Assembly (NCBI RefSeq): GCF_006345805.1
Contig: NW_021829157.1
Coordinates: 1-6,965 of the forward strand
Direction: 5' to 3'
DNA: 6,965 nucleotides
Source of the DNA: Octopus sinensis
Taxonomy: Eukaryota
Shown: piece by piece, positions 1-5,762 of the stretch
How positions within the stretch are numbered: position 1 is the first letter of the stretch
Layout of the letters: each line of letters begins with the position of its first letter
Translations under genes and position numbers: made by a program
The notes under the pieces: generated by a model
The model's input: only the letters and a program-made list of their open reading frames with translations
Told to the model about the DNA's origin: nothing
Databases searched by the model: none

Positions 1-47
1 CAAAGGGGTCCAGAGTAAAGAAAAATAATAAAGGTTGAGGAGCCTTG
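1..47. mobile_element. possible degenerate right end of a hAT/Charlie-type non-autonomous DNA transposon
   Basis: Reverse complement of 31-47 (CAAGGCTCCTCAACCTT) matches the Charlie-like terminus CAGGGGTTCTCAACCTT at 14/17 as I recall it; subterminal GGGGTCC at 5-11. The other end is outside the window, so TIR pair and TSD cannot be checked. Confidence 0.3.
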
Positions 48-49
48 GA

Positions 50-125
50 CAAAACCTTCTTAGGCGATGTTACATCATGGCCACAATCTAATGACGGAAG
101 TTAGTAAAAGAAAAAAGAAAAAAGA
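50..125 (+). mobile_element. diverged 3' tail fragment of a SINE/LINE-type element
   Basis: 62-99 is 30/38 identical to the reverse complement of 126-163 (tail of the adjacent SINE) and is followed by an A-rich tail, GTAAAAGAAAAAAGAAAAAAGA. Confidence 0.7.
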
Positions 126-368
126 TTCAGTCATTTGACTGTGGCCATGCTGGAGCACCACCTTTAGTCGAGCAAATCGACCCTAGGACTTATTCTTTGT
201 AAGCCTAGTACTTATTCTATTGGTCTCTTTTTGCCGAACCGCTAAGTTACGGCGATGTAAACACACCATCATCGGTTGTCAAGTGATGTTGGGCGGACAA
301 ACACACACACACATATAAATATATACACATACATACATACACACACACGCACACACACACACAGACAG

Positions 369-399
<31 letters not shown>

Positions 400-573
400 C
401 ATACATACATATATTCGACGGGCTTCTTTCAGTTTCCGTCAACCAAATCCACTCACAAGACTTTGGTCGGCCCGAGGCTATAGTAAAAAGCACTTGCCCA
501 AGGTGCCACGCAGTGGGAATGAACCCGGAACCATGTGGTTGGTAAGCAAGCTACTTACCACACAGCCACTCCT
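126..573 (-). mobile_element. tRNA-derived CORE-type SINE (octopus OR-like) with internal microsatellite
   Basis: On -: A box TGGCTGTGTGG (568-558), B box GGTTCATTCCC (525-515), CORE-like GGCACCTTGGGCAAGTG (507-491), internal TG/TA microsatellite (414-298), body module AATAAGTAC...GGGTCGATTTGCTCGACT and tail GGTGCTCCAGCATGGCCACAGTCAAATGACTGAA. Family name is from recall. Confidence 0.85.
298..414. repeat. compound (CA)n/(CATA)n/(TA)n microsatellite inside the SINE
   Basis: Directly visible; source of the spurious ORFs 269-493 and 276-545. Confidence 0.95.
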
Positions 574-910
574 AACAAACTATTGTGGACTTCTGACTTC
601 TTCGATATCATTTTCTCTTCAATAACACATTTATTCCATTTATGGATCTGGCCTATAAAGACACAAACTTCGACTGCTTGGCGGTGAAACTGGCAATTTT
701 GGCCTTCCCTCTTGAGCTATGTTTTTCTAGTAATCTCTCAAAACTCTAACTCAGTTGGATCTGTTTCTTCATAACAACGACTGACTGATTTCCCTCCCCT
801 TATTTTCATTTTTCTCTCAACTCGTTTCATTTTATGAACTGAGCTCACAAGTTACTCGTATAAGTCTGTTGGCAGACAGTTTATCATCAAGGCTGGTTTC
901 AAAAACTTAC

Positions 911-1028
911 GAAGGTTCAAAAGCTGCTGGAGTTTGCTAATTATCGGAGGCTGTTTGTTTAGCTTTAGGCGCTTTGTGGGGGATACTAAGCATGCAGTAC
1001 ACAGCTTCAAGATTGCTTCACGGCACTT
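911..1028 (-). other. candidate 118-nt host exon (unverified)
   Basis: On -: acceptor TTATCCTTTCATTTAG (AG at 1030-1029), donor TTC|GTAAGT (910-905), one stop-free frame KCREAILKLCTACLVSPTKRLKLNKQPPIISKLQQLLNL, inside non-repetitive sequence 575-1075. No confident homology. Confidence 0.3.
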
Positions 1029-1095
1029 CTAAATGAAAGGATAATTAAATTTGATACTTTCAAATCGGCAGAGTAGAAGAGAGGCGAGGGAGAAA

Positions 1096-1139
1096 TGTGT
1101 GTGCGTGTGCGTGTGTGTGCGTGTGTGCGTGTGTGTGTG
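1096..1139. repeat. (GT)n microsatellite with GC interruptions
   Basis: Directly visible. Confidence 0.95.
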
Positions 1140-1253
1140 AGTATAATAGATAAAAACGCTGAGATTATGTGTCAGGCGAAGTGGAGGAGGAAAGGGTGAG
1201 GGTTAGTTGTAGTAGCAGTAGAGGATAAACTGTGTGTTTGGAGATTGAAATTT

Positions 1254-1392
1254 ACGAAGCAAGATAGAACGAAAGAAGAAAACGAAGAAATAAGAGAGAA
1301 GAAGAAGGAAAGAGAAGAAGAAGAAGAAGAAGAAGAAGAAGAAGAAGAAGAAGAAGAAGAAGAAGAAAGGAAGAAGAAGATAAAGAAGAAAG
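1254..1392. repeat. (GAA)n purine tract; perfect (GAA)18 at 1314-1367
   Basis: Directly visible; explains the poly-S and poly-L ORFs 1172-1489 and 1252-1596. Confidence 0.95.
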
Positions 1393-1606
1393 GCGGAAAG
1401 TAAATAGTTTTAACGGGGTGGGGAGAGAACGGAAGGAAAGAAACTGGTGTAAAATTATGAATTGATAAAAATACAGCAGAGTATAACAACCCTCTTTAGA
1501 GTCTCGTTTAATCACCTCTACACACTTACATAAGGTTGTGTAGAGTGCGTGTGGATATCTACACGTTCTCGTGTAAAATTGTTTCTTTACTCCCACATAG
1601 GCATAT

Positions 1607-1838
1607 TACATACACATAATACATATACATACATACATACATACATACTCACATACATATACATACACACGTACATACATACATACATACATACTCACAT
1701 ACATACATACATACATACATACATACATTCTTCATACATACATACATACATATATACATACACATACATACATACATACATACATACATACTCACATACA
1801 TACATGCATACGTACACACATACATACACACGCACGTA
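1607..1838. repeat. imperfect (CATA)n tetranucleotide array, left arm of inverted array
   Basis: Directly visible. Confidence 0.95.
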
Positions 1839-1848
1839 CGATCTTATA

Positions 1849-1989
1849 TATGTATGTATGTATGTGTGTATGTATGTATGTATGTATGTATGTATGTATG
1901 TATGTATGTATGTATATGCATTATGTGTATGTGTATGTGTGTACGTATGCATGTATGTATGTATATATGTATGTATGTATATATGTATG

Positions 1990-2023
<34 letters not shown>

Positions 2024-2206
2024 TGTATGTATGTATGTACGTACGTGTGTATGTATATGTATGTGTTAATATATGAGTATGTATGTATCTGTATGTATGT
2101 ATGCGTGTGTATGTATGTACGTATGTATGTGTATGTGTAAGTATGTATATGTGTCTATGTCTGTGTATATGTATGTGTATGTATGTGCGTGTATGTATGT
2201 ATGTAT
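1849..2206. repeat. imperfect (TATG)n array, right arm (reverse complement of the left motif)
   Basis: Directly visible; explains all MYVC and HTYI ORFs. Confidence 0.95.
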
Positions 2207-2270
2207 AGACAGAGATTTTCTCATTTTTGCTTTATCCATCTTAACGTTCTTTTATTCTCTCTCTCAACAG

Positions 2271-2287
2271 ATTAAAAATGCATGTGT
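2271..2287 (+). other. candidate 17-nt microexon (unverified)
   Basis: Branch-like CTTAAC (2240-2245), pyrimidine tract 2247-2265, CAG acceptor (2268-2270), ATTAAAAATGCATGTGT, then consensus donor GTAAGT (2288-2293). Confidence 0.35.
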
Positions 2288-2794
2288 GTAAGTGCGTTCG
2301 TGCGTGTATGTGTTTTCGTATACGAGTATTCAGTTCGTACTGCTAGGTTAAATATGTAACCTCTAAGATAATATGGTTTCCAAAAAACATCAATTATCTC
2401 CTTTTTTTTTCTTTTACCTTTTCATTTTTTTATTTATTTTTTTTTTCATTATCAAAGATTTATTTGGATAAATCTAATTTTGAACTTGTCAACATATGTT
2501 TAAGACCCAATTGACACCAGCATCGAATCATCCTCTGAAGAAATTTCAAAATGGGTGTCCATTACACTTTGAATCGTCAGGCAAATGTTGAATTAGTAAT
2601 GAATATTCGAGAAATGTACTTGATTCTCTCGGTGAAAATCAAAATCGTTTATGTAATATAACTACATGATCTCCCCTGACTATCGCCTTCTCCGACGTTT
2701 TAACTGCTCGTTCCTGAATTACATTTTATCGTCGTCCGCCATATTGCGAAGTCTTTCTTATTGATATCTCGTCGTTATTGTCGATTTCTTTTAA

Positions 2795-3017
2795 CCTTTT
2801 CGTTTCCAAATTTCTCTTGATGTACACTACTTTAGTTTCAACAAATTTTCAAAAATAATGAAGAAATTAGTAAAATATTTTTGTCGTTATTAAGCTGGGA
2901 TTTGGAACATTAATTAACATCGTATTGTGAAAGGAGGTTTTAACTTAAATTTCTTAAAAATACAAAGTTTGTATCATTGAACCTGGGGTGATTTCAGGCG
3001 GGTTGGTATCAAAAAGG
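2795..3017. mobile_element. 223-bp MITE, piggyBac-type (TTAA target site duplication)
   Basis: TTAA at 2791-2794 and 3018-3021. Terminal inverted repeats CCTTTTCGTTTCCAA (2795-2809) and TTGGTATCAAAAAGG (3003-3017) are 12/15 complementary with CC...GG ends. AT-rich non-coding interior. Confidence 0.85.
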
Positions 3018-3036
3018 TTAAGGCTGGCAGAGCCTT

Positions 3037-3048
3037 ATAATAATAATA

Positions 3049-3106
<58 letters not shown>
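3037..3106. repeat. (AAT)n microsatellite with one frame slip
   Basis: Directly visible; explains the poly-N/poly-I ORF 2988-3215. Confidence 0.95.
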
Positions 3107-3107
<1 letters not shown>

Positions 3108-3578
3108 TACATTGTTTTGTCTTGGTATAAAAGATGGGCTACAGCAAGTATTCTGCTCAATACCACAGATTTGCTTGTCAGTTGTTTGACCTCAGGTAGT
3201 TTGAGCATGTTTTAGTAGCTGACGATATGAGCATCTCTGATCACAAGCAGAAGTAGTGGGGATGCATCATAGCCGTGTGTTGAGAGGAATTCTTAGAGGT
3301 TTGGATAATTAACCTTTGGAAACATGGATGGTTCTTTCAACATCCTTAAACAATCCTTATTCAGGGACCTTTTGAGCGGGATGGGCTACTCAACCAGAGG
3401 AAAATTCTAACTGGGCCCCACCTGCAAGGTCATGCGTTGTTTCTCTTGATATGAGATCACCATGTCACGCACATATGGCTGTGATGCATGTGCCTAGTGT
3501 ACTCTTATCAGACGGGTAGTCATGATGGGTATACTGGGCTTCGTATATTTTACCCCCAGTGTCACTTTGACACTGCTC
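3107..3578 (-). mobile_element. unclassified interspersed repeat abutting (AAT)n; possibly a non-autonomous derivative of a microsatellite-targeting (R4/Dong-like) non-LTR element
   Basis: Sharp-edged block, GC-richer than its flanks, ending in (ATT)n when read on -. Resembles an octopus interspersed repeat from recall (unverified). No credible ORF. Strand and class are inference. Confidence 0.5.
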
Positions 3579-3735
3579 AGCAGTATTTCGTCCGTCTTTA
3601 CGTTCTGAGTTCAAATTCCGTTGAGGGTGACTTTGCCTTTCATCTATTTGGGGTCGATAAAATAAGTACCAGCTGAGTACTGGGCTCGAAGTAATCGACT
3701 ATCCCTCTTCCCTAAGTTTCAGGCCCTGGTAGCTA
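3574..3735 (+). mobile_element. tRNA-derived SINE, 5'-truncated, with Meta-domain-like core
   Basis: B box GAGTTCAAATTC (3607-3618); core GACTTTGCCTTTCATCTATTTGGGGTCGATAAAATAAGTACCAG; 3574-3624 is 42/51 identical to 4001-4051. Confidence 0.85.
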
Positions 3736-3738
3736 TCA

Positions 3739-3925
3739 TTCTTCTTCTTCTTCTTCTTCTTCTTCTTCTTCTTCTTCTTCTTCTTCTTCTTCTTCTTCTT
3801 CTTCTTCTTCTTCTTCTTCTCTTCTTCTTCTTCTTCTCCTTCTTCTTTTTCTTCTTCTTCTTCTTCTTCTTTTTCTTCTTCTTCTTCTTCTTCTTCTCCT
3901 TTCTTCTCTTCTCTTCTTCTTATTC

Positions 3926-3961
<36 letters not shown>
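3739..3961. repeat. compound (TTC)n to (TTA)n microsatellite; perfect (TTC)27 at 3739-3819 and (TTA)12 at 3926-3961
   Basis: Directly visible; explains the poly-N/R/E ORF 3736-4167. Confidence 0.95.
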
Positions 3962-4051
3962 GGGCGACGAGCTAGAAGAATCGTTAGGCATTGGACGAAA
4001 TGCTTAGCGGTATTTTGTCCGTCACTACGTCCTGAGTTCAAACTCCGCCGA
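3961..4051 (+). mobile_element. tRNA-like head of the same SINE family, 3'-truncated
   Basis: GGCGACGAGCTAGAAGAATCGTTAG (degenerate A-box region) and B box GAGTTCAAACTC (4034-4045); direct similarity to 3574-3624. Confidence 0.8.
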
Positions 4052-4097
4052 ATGTTTGTCAATTTTTTCGTTTTGCTTTCTTGGAGATGTTTGTCTG

Positions 4098-4140
4098 TAT
4101 ATATATAAAGTAGGATGTGTGTGTGCGTGTGTGTGTGTGT
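4098..4140. repeat. short (TA)n and (GT)n microsatellites
   Basis: Directly visible. Confidence 0.85.
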
Positions 4141-4376
4141 ACGTGAATGTAGTTTATGCACATCCACAAATTAGCACGCATATCACTCAAATTTTAGGAG
4201 GACATTTGTCACGACCCTAGCTGTATTTTCCTCAAATCATTTTCCCCCGAAGCACTCGCGAACAGCGGTAAATAATTTTGAGCCATAACTTCAATTTTCA
4301 CGGCGGAGAAATCCACTGTAGTGACGCCATTATTGTTTACAAAACATGAGTTAAGTCCCCTTCTAGCGACGGTGTA

Positions 4377-4415
4377 AAGAGAAGGAGGAAGAGGGAGGGA
4401 GAGAGAGAGAGAGAT
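4377..4415. repeat. polypurine/(GA)n tract
   Basis: Directly visible. Confidence 0.9.
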
Positions 4416-4578
4416 AACAGATTTTTAAAATTTCGTCTTTTTACTGAGTGATTGACAGGCAAAAACAGACAGACAGGTGTTGTTATGTATGTACGTATGT
4501 GTGAATGGCTTCAGTCACACACACACACACGAGCATGAATGCGTACAAAAAACATGCATTCAAGTGTGTGTTTGACCG

Positions 4579-4602
4579 TATATATATATATATATATATA
4601 TA
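4579..4602. repeat. (TA)12 microsatellite at the PLE boundary
   Basis: Directly visible; composition changes abruptly at 4603. Confidence 0.95.
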
Positions 4603-5090
4603 ATACTACAAAATTAGAGAATGGAGGAAGAATTATCTTACTTAATCAGTAAAACATCAACTACCGATGATACTCAATCCATACTTAATACACCATTACA
4701 TATGAGTAAAGGAAATACATAAAATGAAATGAGATATACAGTAATAGTAACAAGATAAGAGATATAAGTAAAAAATTTTCAAATAATATGCAAATAAATC
4801 AAAACTGACAGCTGTTTCGGCAGTGAGGACAGTCATACCTCATTTAACCTATAAGCCATAAAGGCAGGTATAAATTGAGGCATTAACAAGGATGCCCCAC
4901 GGCCTCTTCAGAGAATTAAATTAAATTTGTTATAATAGTGAAAAATATTATACAATCAATACATATAAATATAAAAATAAAAAATGTAAAATATAAAAAC
5001 TTATACATCATAAAGCTACACTTATATAATATAATACACATTTGTACAAAAAGGAAGTAAACAGAACAAAATAAAAACAAAATATGCACC
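4603..5090 (-). mobile_element. Penelope-like terminal region (pLTR/UTR) carrying a hammerhead ribozyme
   Basis: Contains a PLE-type hammerhead, is T-rich on -, ends directly in (TA)12 and lies next to a PLE GIY-YIG remnant. Boundaries are inferred. Confidence 0.65.
4799..4919 (-). ncRNA. type I hammerhead ribozyme (PLE minimal helix III, extended helix II)
   Basis: On -: CUGAAGA (4911-4905), helix II GGCCGUGGGG...CCUCACUGCC (4904-4819), GAAA (4818-4815), C-AGCU-G, UC, with predicted cleavage between 4807 and 4806. Helix III lies in the palindrome ACAGCUGU. Helix I is weak: 2 bp, a UU/UU loop, then 4 bp. Confidence 0.85.
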
Positions 5091-5098
5091 ATACCTGT

Positions 5099-5712
5099 CA
5101 GAGATAATATAAATGAAATAGATCATACTACTACTACCAATACTAGTACTAGTGATAGGAATATAGCCGATAATGTGAAATTAACTCATTCGTTGATTTT
5201 GGGTTTGGATGATGATAACAATTGTAACACTTATAATGTGAATAGTAGTATAGGGGTGTTGTCCAATTTTAGATTTCCTCATTCTTTAATCTTTGTAATT
5301 TCAGAAATAAAAATAAATGTGTATTTGGTAATCAATGCCTCAGGAAGGAGGTAGTTTACCAATGCACTGTAGATACACAATGAGTAGTAGGGTGTATATC
5401 GGGGCAACTATGAATAGCAAAACAAAGATGGAATTATCACCGATATACTTTTAGGAATAAAAATAGAATGTACTCTACAGGGCTAAGTGCATACATTTGG
5501 GAGCTTAAAAATAAGAACTTAGATTTTAGATTAAACTGGAAAATACTAACTTCAGCACCTGTGTATATATGGAAAAATAAAAAATGCTCTCTATGTATTA
5601 ATGAAATTTTCTTCATTATTAAAGCGGGTCGGCAAATTATTAACAACATTAATGAAAAAAACTTCTTTTGTATTATCATAGGCTACCGTTCACCTTTTCT
5701 AGATTCAAATAG
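5099..5712 (+). pseudogene. degenerate C-terminal part of a Penelope-like element ORF: N/T/S-rich linker plus GIY-YIG endonuclease
   Basis: Manual translation across frameshifts: CNFRNKNKCVFGNQCLRKEVVYQCTV (from 5294; VVY 5351-5359) / SSRVYIGATMNS (YIG 5395-5403) / KQRWNYHRYTFRNKNRMYSTGLSAYIWELKNKNLDFRLNWKIL...KKCSLCINEIFFII...IINNINEKNFFC / HRLPFTFSRFK* (TAG 5710-5712). Matches the PLE endonuclease pattern C-x-C..C..C, xVY, YIG, K-x-R-xxx-H, LSxYIWxLK, CxLCxxE, N..E..CxH. No RT motifs seen. Confidence 0.88.
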
Positions 5713-5762
5713 AACTTAGCACTTCCACTATTATTATTTTTTAACTCCCTTCTTAACTAAAT

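Noticed and set aside
505-573. tRNA gene (also considered for 3961-4051)
   Set aside because: A/B boxes run into SINE body sequence, with no complete cloverleaf evident; these are SINE heads.
911-1028. Resemblance of CREAILKLC to an Shc-type PTB domain segment
   Set aside because: Only a few residues match and no neighbouring exon supports it.
1607-2206. CRISPR-like or telomeric array
   Set aside because: No repeat-spacer periodicity and no TTAGGG-type unit; it is a simple tetranucleotide repeat in eukaryotic DNA.
269-2291. ORFs rich in HTYI/MYVC, poly-S and poly-L
   Set aside because: Translations of stop-free microsatellites and SINE sequence; no domain-like content.
3440-3515. Second hammerhead on - (CUGAUAAG...GAAAC)
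   Set aside because: Core is CUGAUAA rather than CUGANGA, and no helix III with an NUH site follows the GAAA.
2988-4167. ORFs 2988-3215, 3488-3676 and 3736-4167 (poly-I, poly-N/R/E)
   Set aside because: They cross boundaries of unrelated repeats and consist largely of trinucleotide repeats.
5381-5412. In-frame TGA codons as selenocysteine (reported for some PLEs)
   Set aside because: Both TGAs fall in the frameshifted stretch, not at Cys positions; the shifted frame containing YIG is open; no SECIS recognised.
5437-5679. 80-aa minus-strand ORF
   Set aside because: Antisense shadow of the GIY-YIG remnant.
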